Source of the DNA: Naegleria gruberi
Lineage: Eukaryota
Strand: one strand, 5' to 3'
Length of the DNA stretch: 64,000 bases
Assembly (NCBI GenBank): GCA_000004985.1
Contig: GG738867.1
The translations under genes and the position numbers were made by a program. Below the pieces are notes generated by a model. The model saw only the letters and a program-made list of their open reading frames with translations. It was not told the DNA's origin and searched no databases. Shown in pieces: positions 35,763 through 47,849 of the stretch. Positions within the stretch are counted from its first letter, which is position 1, and the number at the start of each line of letters is the position of its first letter.

Positions 35763-37057
35763 TTAAGCTATTTTATGAGAGAGTGAATGTCTTTTGCCTA
35801 TAACTTTGATTTCGTGAGATGAAATATCAAGTCCGAAAACTGAATCAAACGACTTGTCAATGGAGAGCTTGTCCAACAAAGATTTTCTGTCAATTCCTAC
35901 CTGTTGCAAAGTTGATTCAGAATTATCTTGAAATTGATTATTTTTGTAATCTGTGCAAATCCAAATATCTAAATTACAGTTAGATTTTTCGAATACATGC
36001 ATTGGAATCAACTCGGTAGTACCTTCCAACATGCTTTCATCCAAAGAGGGGAAGTATTGACAAAACTCAACTCCTGGCTTCATATCAATAATAACACCTT
36101 TGAGCTAATAATGATTTCAATGAATGTTAATTCTCAGCAAATTGTGCAGCTTACCTGTTTACAGAGGAGGAAATTGGAATCAAAAGATGGATGAGAGGTA
36201 TCACTAAAGAAAATATTCCACGTTGTGTTCGGCACTTTGTAACTCTTTACAAATCCAAGACAATCCACCAATTTGGTCTTATAACTTTCAATAATTTTGA
36301 AAGTATTCTCAGTAGAGGGTTCTCTCATTAACATGGGTCTCAATTCAGGGAACTCCTGAGCAATTTCATTCTTTGTGTAGAGTTCATCTCCCTTGATGAG
36401 AGCAAGAGTTTGACCCAATTGAAAGGCAAAACTCTTAATCATATCCTTATTATTGACAAGTTCATAAAAACTAGAATCTGAAATGTCAATTATATCCTTC
36501 AATGTTTTTATATAATGTCCAAAATCATTTGATCTCAAAGTTTCCTTAATTTGAGCTCTGTACTTTTTATATTTGGTGAAATAGGTGAGAATAGCTCTAC
36601 ATGCTCTAACAACTTTCAAAATGGTAACTCTTTCAACAGTGTTTTTGATTGGATGTTCAAATTCTTGCTTTGTTAAATGATTAGCATAGGTTTTCAACAA
36701 TCCATTATTGGCTTCATCTTCATTTCCTATTTTAATCAAATTCCAAAATAATTATCATCAAATAATTCATAATTTACCTTTGTAAATCTTTACAATTATT
36801 CCATCCTGTATCAGTGCAACATTTCTATTCTCCTCAATTTCCTTTCCATTTTCAATAATTTTCACACTCCGACAAAATACAGAACAATCCTGAAATGATG
36901 GAAATGGATTCGGATCCACAATGAAATAGAGAATATCCTTATCGGTTGAATTTTCTGAACCGTGAATAACATATCCATCACATTTAATTTTATGTGCCAC
37001 CATAGATTCAGTCCCCATGTGAGAGTCAGCAATTAGTTCTGGTTTATTGTCTTGCAT
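35763..37057 (-). CDS. Three-exon hypothetical protein (about 398 aa), possibly with a longin/roadblock-like N-terminus. Exons are 37057..36778, 36726..36155 and 36104..35763.
   Basis: True ATG at 37057. Introns of 51 nt (G|GTAAAT...AAAATAG) and 50 nt (CAG|GTAAGC...CATTATTAG) join three track ORFs in phase. No family recognised. Confidence 0.45.
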
Positions 37058-37071
37058 TTTTTTTTGATATT
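37057..37071. repeat. Target-site duplication (5' copy) of the LINE insertion: TTTTTTTTTGATATT
   Basis: Exact 15-nt direct repeat with 41387..41401. Sequences outside the repeats differ (ttgca vs aaaga upstream; cgtcc vs gtaaa downstream). Confidence 0.65.
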
Positions 37072-37756
37072 CGTCCTTCTAAAAAAATGCCTCAACATGA
37101 CCACCCTCCGGATACGGAAGGGAGTACTCTGCTCGCTAACAGAATCTTTGTGTTAGAGAGAGCATTAGAAACCTCCCAAAAGGAAAACACATGTCTCCGG
37201 GAATCTATTCAAAATTTTGTAAATATTATAAGCGACCACATACTAAATAATAATAATAACGGTCCAATCACACTTGTAAATAATCTAATGGATGAGGCAA
37301 ATAAGTTTACATCTATTACACAAAAAAGTGGAAATCCATCAAATGATGGAAATCTATCAAATAATAGAAATCTATCAAATTGTGGAAAAACTACTGAATC
37401 GGAAATTATTCCAGATGACAGTGGTAAAACTAAAAATAGACCTGCTACATATTCAGAAATAACAAGGTCAACTCCTATTAAAAGTCAACCAAATATCAGA
37501 TGCAACTAATCACTCTGGTACTTCAAAATATAAATTAGTTAAATTATCACACACAGATAAGGATGAAATGGATGAATTCTGTAAGAAAAATATTTCTCTT
37601 ATTGATAAGCACAAAAACCATTTCAATTTCTATTTCAAACCTTCTATTGAGATTTTAGATCTTAAAATAGAACAGAAAAATAGATTATTTCCTTATTTAC
37701 CTACTATTAATTCTACTAATAATATTGCAACAACTAAATCAGTTGCTAAAACAACA

Positions 37757-37796
<40 letters not shown>

Positions 37797-37840
37797 TTAA
37801 TAATAATAATATTAATAATAATAATAATAATGAAAATAAT
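37757..37840. repeat. (AAT)n microsatellite encoding a poly-Asn tract inside LINE ORF1
   Basis: Visible tandem aat units with occasional att interruptions. Confidence 0.8.
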
Positions 37841-40734
37841 CTGTTAATATTACTCACCAAAGCTTTTTCAAGCCTTGTTGTAGGATTGGCAAATAATAAT
37901 GTAATTCCATTAGATAATAACTTAATGGAAATTGTCAATATTACTAATAATATAAATAATGTAAATAATACTAACTCTGTAATGATAGATGATGATTTGA
38001 TTTCAACATCATCTAATGAATCTACTCAACCTTGAGTGGAACTACCACTAGTTTAAGACTTGCATGCTACAATGTTAACGGTCTATACAAGCATGCAGTC
38101 CATAAATCTGTAACTCAAGAATTGAAATCTATGTGTTTAACACATGGAGTTCATATGATGAGTATTACAGAAACACACGTTAACACTACTGAATTAGAAA
38201 TTAAAGTTAGAAATTCTGGTTCAGGTTATTTATTATTTAACTCCCTTATGGGTCGATCTAAAGGCTGTAAAGGAACAGCAGTTATGCACTTTTTAAATAA
38301 TCATAGAAAGCGTAACATTACCAATAATAATTTAGTACCTGGAATCTTACAATGGACAAGATTTGAAAGCAGGGGAATTCCAATTAATTTATTTACTATT
38401 TATTTAAGTGGCAGATCAGATGATTATGAAAATGATCAAGAAGCCATTAACAGTTTTATCAATGCTGTTTTAACATGTAAAGATGAACATATTATTTTAA
38501 GTGGGGATCTTAATATTGATACTCAAAACCCCACTACTACAAGAGAAAAGGATTGGATTTGGATTCTTGAAATGTTAAAATTGACAGAATTCAAAACACC
38601 AAATTATACATGGATTAGACGAAGTCAGGGAACTTTAATTAGATCTAGACCTGACCATATCTTTGTCTCAAAGAATATTAGAGTGGTAAAGGAAGTAATT
38701 ATGACACCTTTGACCACTAATGATCATGTCCCTTTTTATTTAGATTTAGAATTTAAATCTAATCTTACTTGGAGAACTTACTTTAGTAAGAATAAGAGGA
38801 AAAGAATGTACGAAGCAATTAATAAGTGTAAAATTGACAATTTTCAAGAGCTGAATCAAGCAATTGAGGCTCAAATAATTAAATATGGATCCAAAGTAGA
38901 TAGATTAGGAGTTGGAAGAATTTCTACAGCATTTAAAGAAGAAATTCAAGATTTAGAGGATGAAATATTATCTAAAATTAATAACCCTAATATTCCTCAA
39001 TCAGAAATACAAGAACTACAAACACTCCTAAAAGAAACACATATTAATAATGCAAAAGAGATTAAGGAAAAACTTATAGATGAATTTAATGATAACTCTT
39101 CATCTAGAATGTATCAATTTGATAAAATGATACACTCTAACCAAATTATGTGGAAAGACCTTAACTTTGAAGAAGAAGAAATAGTGGATTACTTTACAAA
39201 CAAATTTACCTCCACTAATCAACAACCAACATTCACACCAAGTAATTCAACTATCAAAGAAGGTCCAGATTGGAGCAATTCGATTCATATTAAAGAGCTA
39301 CAAGATGCTCTCAAACGAATGAAATCAAACACTTCTGGGCCTGATCTAATCTCACTTGATATAATTAAACATCTTACAGAAGCTAATCAAGGAATCCTCT
39401 TAGAAGAATATAATAGATGTTTAAGAGATGGTGATATTCCACAAAATTGGAAACAAGGATGGGTAAAACTCATTCCTAAAAGAGAAATTAATACCTTAAG
39501 TGATATTCGCCCAATTACTATTTTACCAATATTTTACAGAATATTATTTAATATTATAGCATTTAGATTGAGATCTTGGGCATCAACTCATATTAATGTT
39601 AGACAACAAGCATTTATTACAGACAGAAATACTTTGAATCATGGTGTATTACTCTCTGCCTTAGCAATGAAAACAAGGAAAAGGACTTTTATTTTAGTGA
39701 ATTTAGATATAGAAGGGGCGTATGATGCAGTCGAATTACCTGTCATCAAAATGGCCCTAGACCACTGCAAATACCCTTCAGAACTTACTCAATTCATTTT
39801 AAATGCTTATGCTAACCATGAACTTCAATTAGAAATTGATAATCATCTCTCTGATAAATTTAAGAAAACAAGAGGAATACCACAAGGCTGTCCACTGGCC
39901 CCTCTTATTTACGATTGTATTACCCAATTAATAATTGACAAAGCAATTGATAAGTGGAAGATACCAATCAAACCAGGCAAACTATGTGCAAATGATATTG
40001 CACTCTGCTGTTTTGCTGATGATATGAATGTTGTATGTGACAGATATGCCAAATATAATGAGAGACTAGACAATATTCATGATTGGTTACATCAATTATT
40101 ATTTAAATTGAATGCTAAGAAATCAGTAGCAACTCTATTACCTAAAAAGAGCACAGTCTCACCTAAAATCAAAGGTACTCCAGTACCTAAACAGAAAAAC
40201 CTTAGAGTACTTGGCCATTACCCTTGGGATGATACTTTGGTAACACAAGACATCCAATCCAAGATAGACAAATTCACAAAATCATTAAGATTTTTACCAT
40301 TATTCAAATTACAGCCAACAAACCTTAAAATAATTATGCATGCTAAAGCAATCAGCCTATTCACTCACCTCTCAAAAATCAATATAATCCCTTTAAAGAA
40401 AGCTCAGGAAATAGATCGTGCAATTAGAGGTGCAATCAGACGTAAATTATTAATGGACAGAGCAACTCCAACAAGTTTCTTTCACCTGCCATTAGAAGAA
40501 GGTGGATTAGGATTACCATCAATTGAGGAATTCTCTGAAAGAATGAATTTAAGAACTATGAATTTAATCGCCAATAATAAGAATAAGTTAATAAGAAAAG
40601 CTTTCAAACATGGTATCAAACATTGTGAGGAAACTAAAGATAATATGTATGCTAAATGGTTATCTGTACTTTAAGAATATAATCTCACATTTGTGCAGAA
40701 TGATACGAACTTTAGAATAGCCGGNNNNNNNNNN

Positions 40735-40774
40735 NNNNNNNNNNNNNNNNNNNNNNNNNNNNNNNNNNNNNNNN
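40735..40774. other. Assembly gap (run of 40 N)
   Basis: Literal n characters in the sequence. Confidence 0.99.
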
Positions 40775-41386
40775 ACTCAGAATCACACCTCCTTGTTAAG
40801 GATGGTGTTGTCATCTTCAATCATAAGAAGATGACCATAACAAGACATTTAAGTGTAAGACATAATAAGATGAATGAAAACCCTAACTTTATTCTAAACC
40901 AAAGTTGGGATTCTCTTAATGTGCAATACCTTAAAACTCGTCTTACTCCTAAAACTAAATACTTTATATGGAGAAATTCCATCAATGCCCATATCAATTT
41001 TGGTAAGGGTAAAAGTTTCTGTTACGATTGTGGTACAGAATCTGATTTATTCCATTACATTCATGAGTGCCCTGGCTTGGATAGTGCCAGGTATTTTTGT
41101 CAGTCAAAGATATCTGATATTCTTGAAGGGAGAGAGTGCTTACTTTCTCATTTTCAATTCAAACCAGAAAAGCATCACCATGCATTACATTTCCATCATA
41201 ACGGAATCACCTCTTTCGAAGATGGATACATGCAATTCCATAAAGACATCGCTAAGAAGTGGCCAGAGATCCAAGGTGCCATTTCTAACTTTGTCGGCCG
41301 TTCCTATTCTAACTATTATATTGACTCCAAATAATTTATATAACCTATGAGAATCTGAATAGATTCGTTATTGTCGTAATAAAAGA

Positions 41387-41401
41387 TTTTTTTTTGATAT
41401 T
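41387..41401. repeat. Target-site duplication (3' copy) of the LINE insertion: TTTTTTTTTGATATT
   Basis: Exact match to 37057..37071. Confidence 0.65.
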
Positions 41402-41537
41402 GTAAAGTGCAATTTCGTTTTGGAACTTTCTAAGCAAGGAATTTATGCAATTAGCTCTATGCAAAGAGTTGGATTTAACAACTTGGGAACTCGAGCTGCA
41501 TAATTATTTAACTCACAAATTAGTCAACTAGAGATAT

Positions 41538-42887
41538 TTAACAACAACAAAGGAATGAACTTCCAGAAGAGAATTCAATGTCCAATCCAATTAATTCGGC
41601 CAACTCCTTAACAAATAGAATGTCATCTCCACATAGACTGAGAGCACCACTTTGTTTCTCAGTGACAATCATCTTCTTATTGATTGAATCATTCATAGCA
41701 AGGAATAAAATTGTTTGATTATTGATAAAGGCAAAGTATTTTCTGAATAGATATTCCTGTTCTGTGCGTGACATGTGTTGAATTCTTGAAAGCAGATCGT
41801 CTAACATTTTAGTTTTTTCCACATCACTTGATGATTTCTTGAGAATTTTTGCCAATTCCTTATCATGAATAATAATTTCCTTCTCCTTGATCAAGATATC
41901 AAAGCATTCCTTCTTGGTTTCCAGAATTTCATCGCATGTACAGGCCAAATAGTGATCCTGTTTGGCAATTTGTTGATAATCATTGAGGGAGACATAGTAT
42001 CCAAACACAATATCATTTCCAAAATGTTTTTCAATATATTGCATATTCTGTTGAGGAGCAAAATAAGTAAGAAAGTGAATGGCATGGACTTTTGAACAGC
42101 CATTCAAACCGATTGGTACGTTGGTAGAGATGAGTACTCTCTTCTTCAATAAGAGTGCCTTCCACAATGTGAAAATATTCTCCCTATAAGAATAGAATAG
42201 AGAAACCAACGATCCAAAATGAAGATGGTTATCAATCTCTATTTTGGTAATTTCCGATAATCTGACCTTCTTAGAGCCATTGAAAGAATCATTTGCTGTA
42301 AAGTAATTGTTCAATTTTTGAATGCAATCAGAGAGGGTTTTCTTTCCCTCTAGACTTTCGTCACATCTATTCAACTTGGCCAATAACTTTTTCAAGAAGG
42401 AGGCATGAGCCATCATTCCTCTATATTCATTACAAATAACTCCCATAGCTCGTATTCTAGAACCACGATCCAACTCCTCCGATCTGAAAATATCTACACA
42501 AGCCATTCCAAAGAATTCTTGTGTATTATGCACGTGTCTAAACATGACAATATCTGTATCAAGTTTATGTGTTCCACTTGGTAAACATTTAAATTCAATA
42601 CCTCCCAAATCGATCGGATATGATTCATTTTGAAATTGATATTCAATTCTATATCCAATCTTTAAATCAAATTTAACAACGAACAAACAAACAATATTCG
42701 TTTCAATCATTGGGTTTACAATTGATACTTGATTAATTTTCTCCACCATTTCCGAATCATTCTTTTTCATTTCAAATTTCCCAGAATCATGTCGTTGTGC
42801 AGCTAACCTCTGACTCTTCAGCAATGAGACAGTTTCATCAACTTCATCTTCAGAATTCGGAGAGGGAGCAACTCTATTTTGTGGCAT
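41538..42887 (-). CDS. DENN/AVL9-like (uDENN-DENN-dDENN type) protein, with a C-terminal CCC tail
   Basis: True ATG at 42887. N-terminal uDENN-like IVCLFVVKFDLKIGYRIEYQF; overall resemblance to the AVL9/DENND6 family from memory. Assignment is tentative. Confidence 0.4.
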   Translation of the reverse strand: MPQNRVAPSPNSEDEVDETVSLLKSQRLAAQRHDSGKFEMKKNDSEMVEKINQVSIVNPMIETNIVCLFVVKFDLKIGYRIEYQFQNESYPIDLGGIEFKCLPSGTHKLDTDIVMFRHVHNTQEFFGMACVDIFRSEELDRGSRIRAMGVICNEYRGMMAHASFLKKLLAKLNRCDESLEGKKTLSDCIQKLNNYFTANDSFNGSKKVRLSEITKIEIDNHLHFGSLVSLFYSYRENIFTLWKALLLKKRVLISTNVPIGLNGCSKVHAIHFLTYFAPQQNMQYIEKHFGNDIVFGYYVSLNDYQQIAKQDHYLACTCDEILETKKECFDILIKEKEIIIHDKELAKILKKSSSDVEKTKMLDDLLSRIQHMSRTEQEYLFRKYFAFINNQTILFLAMNDSINKKMIVTEKQSGALSLCGDDILFVKELAELIGLDIEFSSGSSFLCCC

Positions 42888-43336
42888 TTTTTTTTGAATT
42901 AGATTTTTCCCATATAATAATCAACATCAATTATTTTACCATCATCACAAATATTTTCATAAATCTCTAATTTATTATTATTAATATTATTCTCTAATAA
43001 GATAGATAAGGGAACTGCTTATTAAATCTCTTTTGAATTTTTTTAAAATTGTGATGATGAAAATTCTTGATGATGAAATTTTGTGTTATTTTTCATATCG
43101 GAACAACAAAAATTGATTCCAAACGAATGAAGTGTTGCAAGTATGCTGTAAAAGAACCTTCTGCCAAAAAAAACTCTTCCCTTGTGTTGTTCAAGATTCA
43201 TTATGAAATAGCTTGATGTGGTGCGTGGTCCAATACGAATGAGCGGTTGACGAGCCGTTGTAAATTCTGACGCGTGGTTGTACAAAGACTTGCGTTGGAA
43301 AAACTCGTTTCAAAAAAATACCTCAATAATAACAAC

Positions 43337-43909
43337 ATGTCTGACGAAGATACTACATTCGAACAAGCTGGTTCTGGTGCTTCCCACACTTTCCCAATGC
43401 AAGCGTATGTATTCTAATATTATGATCATGAGAAAAATAACAATATTCAAATATAATATTATATTCACAATATAAATCATTTTAACATGTAAAATCACAG
43501 TGGTAACTTGAAGAAGGGCGGTCACGTCGTCATCAAGGAAAGACCTTGCAAGATTACTGAAGTCACCACCTCAAAGACTGGTAAGCACGGTCACGCTAAG
43601 GCCAATATTACTGGTATTGATATTTTCACTGGTAGAAAGTATGAAGATGTCTGTCCAACTTCCCACAACATGCCAGTTCCAAACGTCGCAAGAAACGAAT
43701 ATCAAGTCCTCGCTATTGATGGTGATTTCATCCATCTTATGCTTGAAGATGGTTCTTCTCGTGAAGACATTAAGTTGCCAACTGAAACTGATGAAGATAA
43801 GCTTTTGACTGAAAAGATTAGAGCTGCTTATGACAATGGTGATGAATTCAACGTCATCCTCGTTGCTGCTATGGGCATTGAAAAGGTCATGGAAATCAAG
43901 ATGCAATAA
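43337..43909 (+). CDS. EIF5A: Translation initiation factor eIF5A. Exons are 43337..43404 and 43501..43909; the intron is 96 nt.
   Basis: MSDEDTTFEQAGSGASHTFPMQA|GNLKKGGHVVIKERPCKITEVTTSKTGKHGHAKANITGIDIFTG... contains the hypusine-site motif (S/T)KTGKHGHAK. Donor is GC|GTATGT and acceptor is CACAG|T, phase 2. Confidence 0.9.
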
Positions 43910-44056
43910 ATTTTCTCCCAATTTCTTTCTTATTCCGTTAATGTCATTACTTATCAATGATTTACTCTTTTCACATTATTACTTCTTTGTGGATGGATAA
44001 GATTAACAATTAGTCCATTCTAAATTGTTCCAATACAAATCAATTTAAATAAAAAA

Positions 44057-45453
44057 ATGAAATTCGTAATTGACAAGAGTGCACTTACCCATAATGCCTC
44101 GATACCTCTTGTTGGAGGATTGTTAACATTGAATGTACAACATAGCAATCCACAGGCAGGATCATCTTCACCATTATCCATTTCTGAAGATAATAGTAGT
44201 AATACATCATCATCAGTTAATAATAACACTCCGATCAATGTTGCCAATAATAACAATCAAAATTGTAGTCATGGTTGCCAGCATCATGATCATCACCATC
44301 AACATCAACATCGCCATCACAACAAGGACACTCAACCTCTCCTTCACAATCATCCTCACCTCGAGGAAGATAATTCAAAGAGAAGAAAAAAGGATGATTG
44401 TTGTTCATCATTTGTCAAATGTTGTCAATCTTCTCTGTTACCTGGAGTTGTTGCATCACTCTCTGTTGGTGCCTATCTTGTTGGTGCTTTTGTCATTGTT
44501 CCATTCGCCTTTCCTCTCTTCAATCCTGTAAAATCAACCAACATTATGATAATTGTTCATATTTTGAATCAAATCTTTGGATTGTTTGAATTGAGTATGC
44601 TGTTACTCAGTTATTTCAGATGTATGAAAACAAATCCCGGAATAGTTTCAAATAATTGGCAAGAAACATTCTCTGATGAAGAATTAAAAGTTCTTCTCAG
44701 TTTGGAACCACAAAAGAATGGAGAACCAAGATATTGTTCAAAAACTGGAATGATAATACCTCCTAGAGCTCACTTTTCATCAGTTCAAAAGAAGGTTGTT
44801 TTGAGAATGGATCACTATTGTGTTTGGGTTAATAATTGTGTTGGATTGTACAACCACAAATATTTCTATTTATTTTTAACTTATTTAGGTAAGGAGTTTG
44901 ATGAAAGTTATATTAATTGTTTCAAGTTATTGCAATTACTCACTTTTTTGGAATTACAATTTTTGTTGTCATTGAGTTTATTAAGGATTCACAAAATATT
45001 GATGTTGCAGTTTTTCTATTAACACTTGTATTTAACGTCTTTTTGGTACCAATGTCATGCATGATTTATTTATTCTGGGGCTGGAATACTTATTTAATCT
45101 TGTTGAATCAAACATCTATTGAGAATTATCAATTATCTGAAAAGAGAAATAGAGCTCGTATGAAGAAACTCAACACTGAACATTTGAAATATCTCAATTT
45201 TTACAATATTTCATTCATGGAAAATGCCAAACAGGTGATGGGAAGAACAGTTTGGAAATGGCCTTTCCCAATACCTGACAATCTTGGAACTGATGGTTTC
45301 AGATATCCAACAGTATTACCATACGATACTATTATTGAAATGCAAAAGGAAACATTCACTCACGTACTCCCAGACCAATCTCACAGACCACCAAATGATA
45401 GACGAAGAAGTTATGACAGTGACTATAGTGACAGTGATGATGAAATGGTATAA
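44057..45453 (+). CDS. DHHC-type palmitoyltransferase with a His-rich N-terminal tract. Exons are 44057..44888 and 44927..45453; the intron is 38 nt.
   Basis: True ATG at 44057. DHHC-CRD: CSKTG...RAHFSSVQKKVVLRMDHYCVWVNNCVGLYNHKYFYLFLTY. TM helices on both sides. Splice TTAG|GTAAGG...TTTCAAG|TT, phase 1. His-rich tract HGCQHHDHHHQHQHRHH. Confidence 0.8.
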
Positions 45454-45601
45454 ATTTATTATTGATTTATTTGAACATTCAAATATATAATACATATTGG
45501 ATTGGATTAATTTATTTACATTATTTAATACAGATAAATAGTAGTACTCTCTTAGATCACATACAGAAGTGAAATTGAATCAATTAATTGAGGAATGCGG
45601 A

Positions 45602-45805
45602 CTATTTTTCATTCGAAGATGATGTTGATGATACATTCTCTTTTCTATACTTTTGTTCGAATTGTTTTAATTGTTGCCACATTCCACCTTCACCACTCTG
45701 ACTATCTTTTACAAACTTTGGCTTGACATCTTCAAAAATTCTCTCGACATCATAATTCTTGTAAACGTACATGCCTGAGGCAAATCCTGCAAGAAAGACG
45801 AACAT
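45602..45805 (-). CDS. Small hypothetical membrane protein (about 67 aa)
   Basis: The ORF-track start at 45949 is TTG; the first ATG gives MFVFLAGFASGMYVYKNYDVERIF... with one TM helix. Weak support. Confidence 0.25.
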   Translation of the reverse strand: MFVFLAGFASGMYVYKNYDVERIFEDVKPKFVKDSQSGEGGMWQQLKQFEQKYRKENVSSTSSSNEK

Positions 45806-46280
45806 TTTGTAGTTGATATATTTGTTGTTGTTTTGTTTTGTTTTGTTTTGTTGATTTTCTCCAATGTTCTCTCTCAATCTCTTCAATTTATCTGAGTTTA
45901 AAATTAGATAAAATTGATTGAGCTGTGTGTTAAAATACGTGTTTTTCAAATCATGATACGACTGCTATCAATTTGAATTGGAAGATTTGATGGACTTTAG
46001 CGGACATAAAGTAATGGCAATACAATCAATTTTATTATCCAACATTGTTGTAAAGAGGTTTGATTTCAGGGATTTGATTGAATGGGCATGTATTAAGCGC
46101 ACTGCTAAATGTCCAACATTTCATATTGATTAAGGATTCTATACATTATTATTCAATACCATTCCATTCACAGCAGTAAAGAACACACTGTGTTCAGAGT
46201 TTCATTATTTCGCCTGGTGTAACCCTCTGCACGTGGTTTGGCTTTGTTTAGTTTCAATTACATGTCAACTTTAAAAAAAA

Positions 46281-47519
46281 ATGAATTTTCAAAGTGTTGC
46301 TTTTCCTGATGATATTTGTTTTGAAGTGTTCAAGTATTCAGAGCAGAAACACATGCTTGCCAACTTTCTTGTTTGCCAGCAATGGTTTCGTATTGGAATG
46401 ACAAGATATTCGTTTTCTATTAAACTAAATCAAACATCACAGCAATTAAACAAGTGGTGGAAGAGATTAGTTTCGGATAAAATTGATCACAAGTGGGGTT
46501 TTACAGGATCATCAATTAAAAAATTAAAATTCTCACATTTGACAATCAAATCAACAGATTTTATGAAAATTTATTCGAATATGAAAAATTTAAAATCACT
46601 TTCCATGAAAAAGTGCAGAATTGAAAAGAAAGATTTTGTTTATTTAATGAAAATTAAACAATTGGAAAGTTTGAATATTATCCCACATTTCTCAAATATC
46701 ACAAATGAAGAGATTTGCAAAATTTGTACGAATTTAACAAATTTGAAAGATTTTGGAATTAGTGGAATGTCATTACAATATAAAACTCTTCAATATATTA
46801 CAAATATGAAAAGTTTAACATCATTGGATATTTCAAATACTGAATTATATGAAGAATATTTGCAAGAAATTGGTAAAATGACTCATTTGACCTCTCTTAA
46901 TATTGGAGATAATGGGACGATTCCACTACAATATATTAAATCATTAGCAGGATTGAAATCATTAAATATTAACGGAAGATTTATCAATAATGGATTTTAT
47001 GAGCTGAGAGAATTGAAGGATTTACACTCATTGACAGAGTTGAGTGTTTCACACAATACAATTAAAACGAAAGGACTAAAGTACTTGATTGACACATTTC
47101 CAGATTTGACAAGTCTTGATATTTCTTACAATGGATTGGGAAGTATCAAGAAAATTAGAAAATTGAAACATCTTACAAAACTGGACATTTCTAATAATTC
47201 TATTAGCGATCAAGATCTCATATATATAACTTGTCTTCCTCAACTGACAAAACTCAACATTTCAAGTAATCAGATTACAGATAATGGAGCACTACTATTT
47301 GCTTCCATGGAAAGTTTGAGAAATATTGATGTCCGTTTCAATGACATCACAAATGACAAGGTATTTCAAGGAATGATAAATTTGGAAAAGCTAAAATTCA
47401 AATCATTCTCTCTTGAACCTTCTTCAAGAAAAAACAAGGATGGTCAAGCATGTTTATCAATTCTATTTACTCTGTTCATTTCCTTAATTACAATGTATTT
47501 CATGTATTTTAAAAGGTAA
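46281..47519 (+). CDS. F-box/LRR protein with a C-terminal transmembrane anchor
   Basis: True ATG at 46281. F-box-like FPDDICFEVFKYSEQKHMLANFLVCQQWFRI. At least 10 LRRs (LTSLDISNTEL, LTSLNIGDNG, LKSLNINGRF, LTELSVSHNTI, LTSLDISYNGL, LTKLDISNNSI, LTKLNISSNQI). C-terminal hydrophobic ACLSILFTLFISLITMYFMYF. Confidence 0.6.
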   Translation: MNFQSVAFPDDICFEVFKYSEQKHMLANFLVCQQWFRIGMTRYSFSIKLNQTSQQLNKWWKRLVSDKIDHKWGFTGSSIKKLKFSHLTIKSTDFMKIYSNMKNLKSLSMKKCRIEKKDFVYLMKIKQLESLNIIPHFSNITNEEICKICTNLTNLKDFGISGMSLQYKTLQYITNMKSLTSLDISNTELYEEYLQEIGKMTHLTSLNIGDNGTIPLQYIKSLAGLKSLNINGRFINNGFYELRELKDLHSLTELSVSHNTIKTKGLKYLIDTFPDLTSLDISYNGLGSIKKIRKLKHLTKLDISNNSISDQDLIYITCLPQLTKLNISSNQITDNGALLFASMESLRNIDVRFNDITNDKVFQGMINLEKLKFKSFSLEPSSRKNKDGQACLSILFTLFISLITMYFMYFKR

Positions 47520-47849
47520 TTACTACTATTCGAAATATTAAGAGAACATCAAGAGTCATTGGTAACACTTTCTTTCGGAATGATTTCTTTAATGATGACT
47601 GAAATTTGTAAACAACTAAATAGATTAGCTATTTATTATGATCTTAAAGTATTTTCTTAATAAACTGTAGTTATCTGTAAACAGCTTAACAACTTTTCTT
47701 CCTGAAATTTAATAATTAATCGAAGACGAACCTGCTTGTTGTGGTGTGCAAGACAGCTCAGAAACAACTGTTGATGGAGGGGACAGCCTATTCTTTGAGA
47801 ACATGGTCGTAAAACAACAAATCTACACACCTTTGGCAACCACCATGAG

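Larger units (their letters stand above)
37072..41386 (+). mobile_element. Non-LTR (LINE) retrotransposon, near full-length. ORF1 is 37087..38035 and contains an (AAT)n poly-Asn tract. ORF2 is 38032..41334 (APE-type endonuclease, reverse transcriptase, C-terminal CCHC zinc knuckle). It is interrupted by a 40-N assembly gap at 40735..40774.
   Basis: ORF2 N-terminus shows the exo/endonuclease-phosphatase pattern (YNVNGL...ITETH...SGDLNID...PDHIF). RT motifs: FADDMNVVCD (the F/YxDD box), PQGCPLAPLIY. C-terminal CYDCGTESDLFHYIHECP (CCHC). The 3' end is ...cgtaataaaaga. Flanked by 15-bp target-site duplications. Confidence 0.75.

Noticed and set aside
37740-37860. Long poly-Asn run (NNNNNNNNNNNNINNNNINNNNNN) as a possible prion-like or functional Q/N domain
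   Set aside because: It is encoded by a plain (AAT)n microsatellite inside LINE ORF1, so it is most likely slippage-generated low complexity, not a selected domain.
40735-40774. Run of N as a biological feature
   Set aside because: It is an assembly gap placeholder. It breaks LINE ORF2 artificially.
37057-41401. Interpreting the flanking TTTTTTTTTGATATT copies as part of the element (3'UTR motif) and not as target-site duplications
   Set aside because: The 5' copy lies outside and upstream of ORF1 with unrelated sequence before it. The truncated family member at 23548 ends …cgtaataaaaca and is then followed by different sequence. This indicates the element proper ends at …aataaaaga. Genome-wide checking is still advised.
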